Made by a program: the position numbers and the translations under genes
Source: Dehalococcoidia bacterium
GTDB lineage: Bacteria > Chloroflexota > Dehalococcoidia > Lucifugimonadales > Australimonadaceae
Direction of reading: 5' to 3'
DNA: 64,000 nt
Assembly: GCA_965116305.1 (NCBI GenBank)
Contig: OZ220673.1
Coordinates: forward strand, 845,705 to 909,704
Shown here: positions 21,062 to 30,187 of the stretch, piece after piece
Numbering within the stretch: the stretch's first letter is position 1
How the letters are laid out: each line of letters starts with the position of its first letter
Notes under the pieces: model-generated
The model's database searches: none
What the model saw: the letters and a program-made list of their open reading frames with translations, nothing else
What the model was told of the DNA's origin: nothing

Positions 21062-21117
21062 CTATTGTCGACTATGGAAGTCAACAATAGGCTATGGTCG
21101 CGACCCTTTCCTGTCAA
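21062..21117 (-). promoter_or_regulatory. sigma70-type promoter of the suf operon with an overlapping palindromic operator
   Basis: TTGACA (21117-21112)-N17-TAGCCT (21094-21089); inverted repeat ctattgtcgact-N5-agtcaacaatag (11/12 match) at 21062-21090. Confidence 0.7.
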
Positions 21118-21128
21118 GGACGCCACGC

Positions 21129-22067
21129 TCACGCGCCCCGGTTGAGATAGGCTTCCAGCGCCTCGCGTGAGGTGTGCCTGCACATGAAGCGTGTCTCCGA
21201 GGTCAGCTTCTCCATGCTCACCGTCCACGGCCACCGGATGAAGCCCAGCCCGGACGATGGGGAGTCGTTCTGCAGATGGGCGCGCCACGCGAACTCCGTC
21301 AGTGCGGAGGCGAGCGGGCCCGGGAGCCGGACCAATCGCTTCCCCGCAAGCGACACGGCTTCGCTCCACCGTACGCTGCCGGCCCCTCCCACGTTGAACA
21401 CGCCCGGGTGCGGCTCCGATGCGAATTTCACCAGCACCTCCGCGAGGTCGTCCTCGTGGATGAACTGCATCCGGGGGTCTTCGCCCCGGACTCCGATGAG
21501 CAGCGGCTTGTCCAACGCGACGGTGATGAAGTTCGCCGCGTTCGGCCCCATCACGACGCAGCTGCGCAGGATGGAGACGCACGCCTCCGGATGCTCGCCG
21601 GCGAACACTTGGAAGAGCGCCTCGCACGCGGCCTTGTCCTCCGCGTAGGCGAACCTCCTTGGAGGGCGGACCGGCGCATCCTCGGTCAGCGCGACGGGGT
21701 TGTCGCGGCGCGGTCCGTAGACGGTCGCGCTCGACATGAGAACGACGCGACGCACGCCCGCGTTCCCGCAGGCGCGCAGCACGTTCCCGGCGCCGCCGAC
21801 ATTGATCCGCCTGCCTTCCGCGCGCTTGCGGAGCTGCCGCAGCACGAATGCCAGGTGTACGACCGCCTCCGCCCCGGCGAACGCGTCGTCCAGCGGCTCG
21901 GTCATATCCTGCTGGACGTGGGTGTAGCGCTCGTCCTCTACCGTCGAAGGAAGTAGGTCCACGCCTACGATACGCTCGATCTCCCGCGTTTCGAGCAGGC
22001 GCCGCACGAGGCGCGTGCCGATGTAGCCTGACGCGCCGGTGACAGCCACGGCGCGCGGCGTGCTCAC
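21129..22067 (-). CDS. NAD-dependent epimerase/dehydratase (extended SDR)
   Basis: TGASGYIG, SSATVYG, YAEDK, QFIHEDD. Confidence 0.88.
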   Translation of the reverse strand: MSTPRAVAVTGASGYIGTRLVRRLLETREIERIVGVDLLPSTVEDERYTHVQQDMTEPLDDAFAGAEAVVHLAFVLRQLRKRAEGRRINVGGAGNVLRACGNAGVRRVVLMSSATVYGPRRDNPVALTEDAPVRPPRRFAYAEDKAACEALFQVFAGEHPEACVSILRSCVVMGPNAANFITVALDKPLLIGVRGEDPRMQFIHEDDLAEVLVKFASEPHPGVFNVGGAGSVRWSEAVSLAGKRLVRLPGPLASALTEFAWRAHLQNDSPSSGLGFIRWPWTVSMEKLTSETRFMCRHTSREALEAYLNRGA

Positions 22068-22447
22068 CCCGCACCGCGCTCCGTCGCGGCAGCCTCGTCG
22101 GAGAAGTCGAAACCCAGCTCCCCGAGCCCCGCGACCTCGAACCCCAGACCTACCTTGTGCGGCCCCGGCGCGACTGCCCCGCCGCGGTAGGAGATGGTCG
22201 TCGTCTTGTTCATCGCGAGTGTGAACGGCACGCTCTCGGACACCGCGTCGAAGGCGGTCTCCTCGCCGTCGATCTCGAACGTGGACGCCGCGAGGTCGAG
22301 CGGTTCGCCGTCCAGCGTCAGCGGCAGCATGCGCTTTGCGTAGCCGGAACCCAGCTTGTTCTGCAACTGGAACGTGAAGCCATCAGCCGTCGCGGTGAGG
22401 CTGCCCTTCACGTACAGCCTGCGGAGCAGGAACGGGGGGATTTTCAT
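22064..22447 (-). CDS. Hypothetical beta-rich protein with an LYVKGSL motif
   Basis: Clean ORF with 4-nt overlaps to both neighbours. Confidence 0.75.
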   Translation of the reverse strand: MKIPPFLLRRLYVKGSLTATADGFTFQLQNKLGSGYAKRMLPLTLDGEPLDLAASTFEIDGEETAFDAVSESVPFTLAMNKTTTISYRGGAVAPGPHKVGLGFEVAGLGELGFDFSDEAAATERGAG

Positions 22448-23112
22448 GCGCTCTCCACTTTCCGGCTCATCCGAAAGAGCGCCGTTTCAGTAACGATAGC
22501 TTCGTCCGGCAAGGGCCTGGGCGTGCCGACGGTCTTCGCCGCCGCGTAGATATGCGCGATGTGCTCTGCCAGCTGGCAGACGTGCAGCGCCTCCGAGAGG
22601 CTGCTCCCGACACCGACGAGCCCGTGGTTTCGGATCAGGGCCGCGTTCCGTTCACCGAGCGCCGCGACGACCGCGTCGCCCAGCTCCTCCGTGGCCGGGA
22701 ACGCGTAGTCGGACACCTGGATGCTGTCGCCCAGCACGATGACCATCTCGTCGATCAGGGGCGGAAGCGGCTCTCCGGCCACTGCAAGGGCGCTCGCGTA
22801 GACCGAGTGCGTGTGCATCACCGCGCGCACGTCCGGGCGGGCGCGGTAGATGGCGACGTGCATCAGCATCTCGGTCGACGGCAGCCCGTCGCCCTCGACG
22901 GCGTCGCCCTCGAAGTCGGTGACAACCACCTCGTCGAGGCCCATCGTCTCGTAGTCTTTGCCCGCCGTCGTGATGGCCAGCAGCTCCTCGCCGCGTACGC
23001 GCGCGCTCACGTTGCCGGACGACCCCACGACGAGGCCGCTGCGGTGCATCGCCCGCGCGCTCTCGACCACCTCGAGACGCAACTGCTCGTATGTCGTTCC
23101 GTTGGAGGCCAT
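22444..23112 (-). CDS. Class II aldolase/adducin (FucA-like)
   Basis: GSSGNVSAR, PSTEMLMH, HTH, NHG. Confidence 0.9.
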   Translation of the reverse strand: MASNGTTYEQLRLEVVESARAMHRSGLVVGSSGNVSARVRGEELLAITTAGKDYETMGLDEVVVTDFEGDAVEGDGLPSTEMLMHVAIYRARPDVRAVMHTHSVYASALAVAGEPLPPLIDEMVIVLGDSIQVSDYAFPATEELGDAVVAALGERNAALIRNHGLVGVGSSLSEALHVCQLAEHIAHIYAAAKTVGTPRPLPDEAIVTETALFRMSRKVESA

Positions 23113-23160
23113 CCTAGATTAAGCATAGCAGCGCACAGCGCAGGTATGGGAGCGTTAGGT

Positions 23161-23312
23161 CCCCTCTCCCTTGAGGGGAGAGGGTTAGGGTGAGGGTGAA
23201 CCGGCGGGGTGTGCGGGCGGGATGTCCGGTGTAGGGGCGTCCCTTGTGGGCGCCCTCTGGCCCACCTCTCCCTCGGGGAGAGGTCGACGCGCTTGCGCGG
23301 CGGGTGAGGGTG
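23161..23312 (+). repeat. Mosaic palindromic repeat cluster (A', GTAG REP-like, A)
   Basis: cccctctccc..ggggagagggttagggtgaggg; tgtaggggcgtcccttgtgggcgccct; cacctctccctcggggagaggtcg..gcgggtgaggg. Confidence 0.9.
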
Positions 23313-23332
23313 TCCGGGGGCGTCTGGCGTTC

Positions 23333-24814
23333 CTACAGCTCCTCCGTCAGCGCGTCGAGTCGCTCCCGCAGCCCCAGCCAGCGCTCGTACGACTCGCCGC
23401 ACTCCCGCGAGCGCGGACCCGGCTCGACGCTCGCGCCGTTCGCCGCCAGGTCGGCACAGCGGCCCGCGAGTTCCTGTGCGGGCGTCGTTGCCAGCGACGC
23501 TGCGCCGGTGGCGGTCGCGTTCCTGTGCACGCGCACCGGCTCGCCCAGCACGTCGGCCAGCAGCTGCGGGAAGACGGCGCTCTCCGCCATCCCACCGCTG
23601 AGTGCGAACGTCCCCGGCTCCGTCCCTGCGACCATCCGCGCCAGCGCGAGACTTTCCCGTACTGCGAACGCGGCATTCTCGAACGCGGCGCGGGCGATGT
23701 CGGCTGCGTCCAGCCCTCCGTGCGTGATCGGGGCGGGCATGAGCACGCCGCCCATGGTGATGCCGGGGTTGGAGAGGTCGATGGCGCGCGGGCCGAGGAA
23801 TGCGGTCACAGGGCGCCCGCTCTCGAAGGCCGACTGCGCCAGCGCGTCGAACCGCTCGAGCGATGCACGGGGCGTGAGCAGGCGCCGCACCGCGTCGAGC
23901 GTGCGCCCGGTATCGCCGGGGGTCGCTTCCACGGTCCATCTGCCGCCGACTCCGTGCAGCGACGTCCACGTCCGCGCCTGTGGATCGAACGCTGGCGACG
24001 TGGTCGTCACGTGCACCGGCGCGCTCCATCCCGCAGCGCAGGCAGCCGCACCGTCCGTTGCCGCGCCGCAACCGACCGCGGCGGCGTGCGAGTCCGGCCC
24101 CGTGAGGTGGACCGGCGTCGTGCGCGGCAGCCCGGCCGCCTCGGCTGCCTCTGCAGTCAGTTGTCCCACTAGGGCGTCCGGAGGCAGCACGTCAGGGAGC
24201 AGTCCGACCGGCACGCCGAGCCGTTCCAGCATCGTCTCCGCCGGCGCGCCCGAGGCCACGTCCAACAACCCGGACTCCGAGAGGCCCAGCCTCGTCTCGG
24301 CGAGCGTTCCGGTCAGTTGCAGCGCGGCCCAGGCGTCGAGCCCTGCTGTCTTCGCGATGCGTCGCGCCGTGTGGGGCCGGCTCTCACGCCACCACGCGTA
24401 CTTGGCCGGCGCGAACAGCATGGAGGGCAGATGGCCCGTCGTGCGGTGGATGAGCGCGCCATGGGCGTCGTCCATCGCGCCGCCCTGGAAGACGGCGCGG
24501 GTGTCGTTGTTCGCGCCCGCACTGAGCGTTGTGAGGTCCGCGTCGAAGAAGCACGTCGCGAGCCGCTGCGCCGTCACGGCGATGGCGGCCACGTTGTCCG
24601 GCCCCGCGGTTTGCGCTCCCTGCGCTAGCACGCGCAGCAGCCGCACCCGGAGCAGTCGTTGGTTGTAGGCGTGCTCCAGCGCTCCGGCGCGATCGTTCGT
24701 GACCGGGTAGGGCGCGTGCGCTACTTCGACGGGTTCACCGCCGCCTTCGAGCGGCACGACCGCGCACCGCAGACGGCTGCCGCCCAGGTCCAGCACGAGT
24801 ATCACGCGCGCCAT
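23333..24814 (-). CDS. FGGY family carbohydrate kinase
   Basis: Start MARVILVLDLGGS (24814); NNDTRA, GPDSHAA, LSGGMAES..QLLADVLG. Confidence 0.82.
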   Translation of the reverse strand: MARVILVLDLGGSRLRCAVVPLEGGGEPVEVAHAPYPVTNDRAGALEHAYNQRLLRVRLLRVLAQGAQTAGPDNVAAIAVTAQRLATCFFDADLTTLSAGANNDTRAVFQGGAMDDAHGALIHRTTGHLPSMLFAPAKYAWWRESRPHTARRIAKTAGLDAWAALQLTGTLAETRLGLSESGLLDVASGAPAETMLERLGVPVGLLPDVLPPDALVGQLTAEAAEAAGLPRTTPVHLTGPDSHAAAVGCGAATDGAAACAAGWSAPVHVTTTSPAFDPQARTWTSLHGVGGRWTVEATPGDTGRTLDAVRRLLTPRASLERFDALAQSAFESGRPVTAFLGPRAIDLSNPGITMGGVLMPAPITHGGLDAADIARAAFENAAFAVRESLALARMVAGTEPGTFALSGGMAESAVFPQLLADVLGEPVRVHRNATATGAASLATTPAQELAGRCADLAANGASVEPGPRSRECGESYERWLGLRERLDALTEEL

Positions 24815-24888
24815 AACGCGCGGAAGCCTACCATCCGCTAGCCGCTGCCGCATTGACCGCCGTACGCTGGTTCCGGTAGAAAGACGCC

Positions 24889-26025
24889 ATGAAGAACGGG
24901 TTCAAGGTCCTCGACAGCGACATCCACGTCATCGAACCGGCGAGCCTCTTCGAGGACTACCTCGAAGCGCCGTTCCGCTCGCGTATGCCGGTCATGCAGC
25001 GCAGCGACGTCACCGGCGTCGATACGTGGGTCATCGACGGCAAGCCGTTCCCGCTCTGGAACGAGTGGCCGGAGTTCGCCAAGGCCAATGCCCTGCTGAA
25101 GACGAAGAAGGAGCGGACGCCGTTCCAGGTGAAGGCGTTCGAGCATGGCTTCGACGCCGCGACCACCCTCGAGGCGATGGACATCGAGGGCGTCGACGTG
25201 GCCGCGCTCTTCCGCACCAACGGCGGTACGTGGATCGTCGGGCTGGACGACCTCGAACCGGACTATGCCGCCGCCCTCTGCCGCGCGTACAACAACTGGA
25301 TGCGCGACTACTGCGCGACCGACCCCGAGCGGCTGAAGGGGATCGCGCTGTTGCCGCTGCAGGCGCTCGACCTCGCCATCGAGGAGGCGCGCCGCGCCGT
25401 GACCGAACTGGGCTTCGTCGGCGTTACCGTCCACACGGAGCCGGTCAACGGCCGCCTGCTCTACGACGAAGAGGTGGAACCGCTCTGGACCGAGGTCGAG
25501 CGCCTGGGAGCGGCGGTCTGCCTGCACGGCACCTCCACCGCGCCGGGCCGCGAGGACATCAGCCGCAAGTTCCTGCGCCACCCGTCGCCGCGCACCATGA
25601 CGCACGCGCTGAGCTTCCCCACGCAGATCATGGGCGCGATGGCCGGGCTCACGATGACGGGCGTGCTGGAGCGCCATCCCGCGCTCCGCGTCGCGTTCCT
25701 GGAGGCCAACTGCGGGTGGCTCCCCTGGCTCCTCTACCGCCTCGACGACCAGCACGCGAAGTACGTGGAGACCGACCTGCCCCTGCAGCCGAGCGAATAC
25801 TTCCTGCGCCAGTGCGTTCTCTCCATGGAGGCTGACGAGGAGCTCGCGGCGGACGTGATGGAGCGCTACGGCAACGACATCATGGTCATCTCCACCGACT
25901 ACCCCCACCCGGACAGCGCCTTCCCCCACGCCATGGACGAGTTCTTCGAGCTCGACATCCCGGACGAGTCCCGCCGCAAGGTGCTCTGGGACAACTGCGC
26001 CCGACTCTACGCGCTGGAGCTCTAA
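24889..26025 (+). CDS. Amidohydrolase_2 family protein
   Basis: DSDIHVIEP, AYNNW, AFLEANCGW, STDYPHPD. Confidence 0.9.
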   Translation: MKNGFKVLDSDIHVIEPASLFEDYLEAPFRSRMPVMQRSDVTGVDTWVIDGKPFPLWNEWPEFAKANALLKTKKERTPFQVKAFEHGFDAATTLEAMDIEGVDVAALFRTNGGTWIVGLDDLEPDYAAALCRAYNNWMRDYCATDPERLKGIALLPLQALDLAIEEARRAVTELGFVGVTVHTEPVNGRLLYDEEVEPLWTEVERLGAAVCLHGTSTAPGREDISRKFLRHPSPRTMTHALSFPTQIMGAMAGLTMTGVLERHPALRVAFLEANCGWLPWLLYRLDDQHAKYVETDLPLQPSEYFLRQCVLSMEADEELAADVMERYGNDIMVISTDYPHPDSAFPHAMDEFFELDIPDESRRKVLWDNCARLYALEL

Positions 26026-27008
26026 CCCCGCAGTCGCCCCCACACGTCCGGGTTGACCAGCCGCAACGGCTGCTCGCCGCGTGCGAAGCGCTCGAAGTCC
26101 TCGGCCACCATCGCCGAGTGGCGCTCTATCGTCTCCTGCGTCGCGCCGCCGATGTGTGGCGTCAGCAGCACGTTCGGCAGGCCGATGAACGGCGAGTCCG
26201 GCGGGATGGGGTGCGCCTCGTGCACATCGAGCGCCGCCCCGGCGAGCCTGCCCTCGGCGAGCGCCGCCGCCAGCGCCGCCCGGTCCGCCACTGACGAGTT
26301 GGTGACGTTCACAAGGTACGCGCCGGGCTTCATCGCCGCGATGCGGGCCTCGTCCAGCATACCCATCGTCTCGGGCGTGTCCGGCACATGCATCGATACG
26401 AAGTCCGACGCGGCAAGCAGGGCTTCGAGGTCGGTCATCTCTACGCCCTCGGCATCGTTTACGTAGGGGTCGTAGGCGAGGACGCGCATCCCGAACCCGG
26501 CCGCGATACGCGCGACCGCGCGCCCTATCGCGCCGAAGCCCACGATGCCCAGCGTCGCTCCGGCGAGTTCGCGTCCCCGGAAGCGGACGTACGGGTCGGT
26601 GGGGTCCTCCCACTGCCGCTCACGTACGTACCGCTCGCCCGCACTCGTGTGACGGGCGAGAGCGAGCATCTGAGCGACCGCGAACTCGGCGACGGCCTGA
26701 GCGTTCCGTGCGGGCGTGCGCACCACGGCGATGCCGCGCTCGGTCGCGGCTTCGAGGTCGGCGTGGTGGAGGTCGCCCCGGCAGATGGCGGCGATGCGCA
26801 GTCCGGTCGCGGCGTCGAACAGCTCTTCGAACAGGAAGTCGGCCTCGACCGCGAGCGCGTCGAACCCCTCGTTCGTCAGCCGCGCGCCGAGCTCCTCCGG
26901 GTCCCAGAGCGTGCGCGTCTCCGTCCACGGCTCGTGTACGACGCCGCCCAGCGCGGCGAGGCGGGCGAGCCCGTCGTTCGAGAACGGCGCAAGCACGAGC
27001 GTGTTCAT
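26022..27008 (-). CDS. D-isomer-specific 2-hydroxyacid dehydrogenase
   Basis: Start MNTLVLAP (27008; ATGA overlap with hpnE); GIVGFGAIG, AALDV, TPHIGG. Confidence 0.88.
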   Translation of the reverse strand: MNTLVLAPFSNDGLARLAALGGVVHEPWTETRTLWDPEELGARLTNEGFDALAVEADFLFEELFDAATGLRIAAICRGDLHHADLEAATERGIAVVRTPARNAQAVAEFAVAQMLALARHTSAGERYVRERQWEDPTDPYVRFRGRELAGATLGIVGFGAIGRAVARIAAGFGMRVLAYDPYVNDAEGVEMTDLEALLAASDFVSMHVPDTPETMGMLDEARIAAMKPGAYLVNVTNSSVADRAALAAALAEGRLAGAALDVHEAHPIPPDSPFIGLPNVLLTPHIGGATQETIERHSAMVAEDFERFARGEQPLRLVNPDVWGRLRG

Positions 27009-28396
27009 CGCGCGCCTTGTCCCCTCCTCACGGCCTCCGCGGCGATATTGCCGCTGCGCACAGCGCTCTCCATCGTTGCAGGCCAGCCGGTATCCGTCCA
27101 GTCGCCCGCGAGGAAGAGGTTGGGCAGGGGCGTGGCGGACGGCAGGCGGTTGTCCGGCGCGTCCGGGAGCGAGCGGAACGTCGCCCGCTGCTCCTTCACG
27201 ATGACGAACCGCGTGATCTCGGCGTCCTTCGCGGCGGGGAAGAGCCGCGCCAGCTCCGGGATGAACGTCTCGCGGAGCGCCTCCTTGCTCATCGGCCAGA
27301 ACTCCCACGCCCCCGACAGCGACACGGTGATGTACTGTCCCGGTCCCTCGAGGCCCGCGATCTCGGTGCGGTTGAACACCCACTGGACGGGGCTGTCCAC
27401 GAACGCGAGGAACTCGAAGTCCGCGATCTGCCGGTCGTACCAGACGTGCAGGTTGACGATGGGCGACCACGTGTGCGTCGCGGCGGGAGCGAGGGCGGCG
27501 TGCTCACGCACCTCCTCCGGCAGCAGGCGCAGCAGGCCGTCCGGCGGCAGCGCGCTCACGCACGCGTCGACGGGCAGGGTTTCGCCGTCCGTGAACCGGA
27601 CGCCGGTGACGCGCCCGTCCTCCACGACGAGCGCGTCCGCCGTCCTGTCGAGCAGCACCTCGGCGCCCGCGTCCATGAGCCGCTCCCGCACGGCGTCGCC
27701 CATGATTGCGGAGAGCCCCGCCCTGGCGAAGCCGATGTTGCCCCCGTTCCGGTCGCGCAGCAGCGCCTCCTGGAAGAGCATGAACCCTGCGCTCGCGGAG
27801 ACGTCCTCCGCCGAGTCGTTCAGCGCCGGGACGATGAGCAGGTCCCAGAACGCGTGGATGGCCCGCTCCGACTGCCAGTGCGACCGCAGCCAGCGGTGGA
27901 ACGATTGCCGCCGTAGCGCCGGGCGATCGCGGTTGCGCTCCAGCCACATCAGGACGAGCGCGGGTATCGCGCGGAGCCGCTCGCCGATGCTGACGTGCGG
28001 GTAGCGCAGCAGCGACGGCAACAGGTGGAACGGCGCGGGCAGGGGAAGCCCCGAGAGGACGCCGCTCTTGCCGTTGGGAGAGCGCACCTCGACGTGCAGC
28101 CGCTTCTGGCGGCTCGTCAATTCGAGAGAGCCGATCTCCCCAAGGAAGCGTTGGTAGACGTCGCAGCAGCCGAGGAAGACGTGCTGCCCGTTGTCAATCT
28201 CCTGCCCGGTCTCGCGGTCGACGAACGAGTAAGCCCTGCCGCCGAGGTACGGTCTGCGCTCCACGAGCGTCACGCGGTAGCCCGCGTTGACGAGCCGCCA
28301 CGCCGCGGCCATGCCCGCCAGCCCGCCCCCGAGCACTGCGACGGAGGTCAGCGCTTCAGGACGCTGCGGAGCCGGGCCGTTGTCCAGAGTCTGCAT
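27005..28396 (-). CDS. hpnE: Hydroxysqualene dehydroxylase HpnE
   Basis: GGGLAG FAD motif, GGRAYSF, IDNGQHVFLG, LAGDWTDTGWPATMESAVRSG; exact start uncertain (49-nt overlap with hpnD). Confidence 0.88.
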   Translation of the reverse strand: MQTLDNGPAPQRPEALTSVAVLGGGLAGMAAAWRLVNAGYRVTLVERRPYLGGRAYSFVDRETGQEIDNGQHVFLGCCDVYQRFLGEIGSLELTSRQKRLHVEVRSPNGKSGVLSGLPLPAPFHLLPSLLRYPHVSIGERLRAIPALVLMWLERNRDRPALRRQSFHRWLRSHWQSERAIHAFWDLLIVPALNDSAEDVSASAGFMLFQEALLRDRNGGNIGFARAGLSAIMGDAVRERLMDAGAEVLLDRTADALVVEDGRVTGVRFTDGETLPVDACVSALPPDGLLRLLPEEVREHAALAPAATHTWSPIVNLHVWYDRQIADFEFLAFVDSPVQWVFNRTEIAGLEGPGQYITVSLSGAWEFWPMSKEALRETFIPELARLFPAAKDAEITRFVIVKEQRATFRSLPDAPDNRLPSATPLPNLFLAGDWTDTGWPATMESAVRSGNIAAEAVRRGQGAR

Positions 28397-29238
28397 GTCA
28401 GTTGGAGTTTCTCCCAGGACGAGAGGCTCACGCGCTTCGAGAAGACGTCCCAGCCGCGCGAGCCCATCCGGTTCAGGAGGCGATTGTAGAGGTGGTGCAG
28501 CCCTTCCGCACAGCCGCGCGACTCCGGCTCCAGGAGCGGCATCAGCCGCGACGCCGAGTCGAAGTAGCGTTGGGCGCGGTTAGCCTGGAACCGCATCATC
28601 GCCCGGAACCGCTCGTGGACGATGCCCTCGCGCAGGTCGTCCTCCGTGTAACCGAAGCGCGCCATCTCGTTGAGCGGCAGGTAGACGCGGTCGCGCTCGA
28701 TGTCCTCCCGCAGGTCCCGCAGGATGTTCGTCAGTTGCATCGCCAGGCCGAAGTCCACCGCGGTCTCCTGCGCGAGCGGCACGTCCCGGTAACCGAAGAT
28801 GCGGATGGAGACGAGCCCCACGACCGAGGCGACGTGGTAGCAGTAGTGCCGCAGTTCGTCGAAGTCCGCGAACCGCCGGGGCTCCAGGTCCATCTCCACG
28901 CCCGTGATGATGTCCTGGAAGAGCGACTCCGGGATGTCATACGTGGCGGCGGCGTCAACCAGCGCGGTGAGGATGGCCCCCTCTGCTTGGCCGTCGTAGG
29001 CGTCCCGCAGGCGTTGGCGCAGCGCGGCGAGTTCGGCGCGCTTCTGCTCCGGGTTGCCCTCGCCATCGGCTATGTCGTCGGCGAGACGGCTGAAGGCATA
29101 GGCGGCGTAGATGGCGCGCCTGCGCGGATGGGGCAGGGTGAGGAAGGCGTAGTAGAAGTTGCGCGCCTCGCGCTTTGTGACGGCCTGACACTCCTCGTAC
29201 GCGGCGTCGAGCGCGGCGTTATCCGTCGAGGTCGTCAT
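28348..29238 (-). CDS. hpnD: Presqualene diphosphate synthase HpnD (phytoene/squalene synthase family)
   Basis: NFYYAF, DDIAD, YCYHVASVVG, QLTNILRD; ATG 29238 overlaps the hpnC stop. Confidence 0.85.
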   Translation of the reverse strand: MTTSTDNAALDAAYEECQAVTKREARNFYYAFLTLPHPRRRAIYAAYAFSRLADDIADGEGNPEQKRAELAALRQRLRDAYDGQAEGAILTALVDAAATYDIPESLFQDIITGVEMDLEPRRFADFDELRHYCYHVASVVGLVSIRIFGYRDVPLAQETAVDFGLAMQLTNILRDLREDIERDRVYLPLNEMARFGYTEDDLREGIVHERFRAMMRFQANRAQRYFDSASRLMPLLEPESRGCAEGLHHLYNRLLNRMGSRGWDVFSKRVSLSSWEKLQLTCRLWTTARLRSVLKR

Positions 29239-30179
29239 GGTCGGCGCAGCACGGTCAGGCGGGCGGCCGTGGCAAGAATCAGCCACAGTTTCCGGGAGCG
29301 CGTGACGACCGGACGCTCGCTCAGTACGTCGTAGTCCTGCTTGCGGATGGCGTCCAGCACGCGCATCCCGCCTTTACTGAAAAGCGCGATGGCCAACCGG
29401 GCCCGTCCGCTGAGCCGTGTCGCCAGCGGCAGCCCCTCCTCGAACAGCGCCTGCGCGCGGTCGACCTCGGACCGCATCAGGTCGCGGAACGCCTTGTCCG
29501 CGACGCCATTGGCGACCTGCTCCTCGGTGCAGCCGAACGCCCGCATGTCCTCGAGCGGGATGTAGATACGGCCCATCGCGTAGTCGCGCGCTACGTCCTG
29601 CCAGAAGTTGGCGAGTTGGAGCGCGGTGCACGTCGCGTCGGAGAGCCGCACGTTCTCCTCGGTCGCTTCACCGAGAACATGGAGCACCATGCGCCCGACC
29701 GGGTTGGCGGAGTGGTCGCAGTAGTGGAGGACGTCGGCGTACGTCTCGAAGCGCCCGGACCCCTGGTCCATCCTGTTCGCCTCGATCAGTTTGCGGAACG
29801 GCTCCTCCGGTATCTGCGCGCGCCGGATGGTGTCCTGCAGCGCCACCATGATGGGGTGCGTGGGCCCTTCCTGCTCCCTCTCCCCCTGGGAGAGGGTTGG
29901 AGCCTGCCCCGCACTTGATGCGGGGGTGAGGGCATACGCCAGGGTAAGCTCTGCGTCCCACTCGTCGAGCAGCGCGAGCCGGTCACCCTCCGCCTCGTCG
30001 CCGAGGTCGTCGGTGTGGCGGCAGAAGGCGTAGACCGCTTCGAGCGCGGGCCGGTGCTGCCGGGGGGTGAACCGGGAGATGACGGTGAAGTTCTCGTAGT
30101 GCGAGCGCGCAAGGTCGGCGCAGTAGGCGTAGGACTCTACGAGGGAAGGGGGCTTGGCTGAGGCATGGGACAGCGCCAT
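29235..30179 (-). CDS. hpnC: Hydroxysqualene synthase HpnC, carrying an in-frame repeat insertion
   Basis: HYENF, DDLGDE, YCDHSANPVGR, LQLANFWQD, GRIYIP. Confidence 0.9.
   Translation of the reverse strand: MALSHASAKPPSLVESYAYCADLARSHYENFTVISRFTPRQHRPALEAVYAFCRHTDDLGDEAEGDRLALLDEWDAELTLAYALTPASSAGQAPTLSQGEREQEGPTHPIMVALQDTIRRAQIPEEPFRKLIEANRMDQGSGRFETYADVLHYCDHSANPVGRMVLHVLGEATEENVRLSDATCTALQLANFWQDVARDYAMGRIYIPLEDMRAFGCTEEQVANGVADKAFRDLMRSEVDRAQALFEEGLPLATRLSGRARLAIALFSKGGMRVLDAIRKQDYDVLSERPVVTRSRKLWLILATAARLTVLRRP
29876..29932 (+). repeat. Palindromic repeat A' with a nested hairpin, in frame within hpnC
   Basis: ccctctccccctgggagagggttgg-agcctgccccgcacttgatgcgggg-gtgaggg; 57 bp. Confidence 0.85.
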
Positions 30180-30187
30180 GCGAGGCC

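Noticed and set aside
27005-30179. Carotenoid genes crtB/crtI
   Set aside because: Two tandem synthases (one with HYENF) plus the DNGQH/WPATMESAVRSG oxidoreductase fit hpnCDE better.
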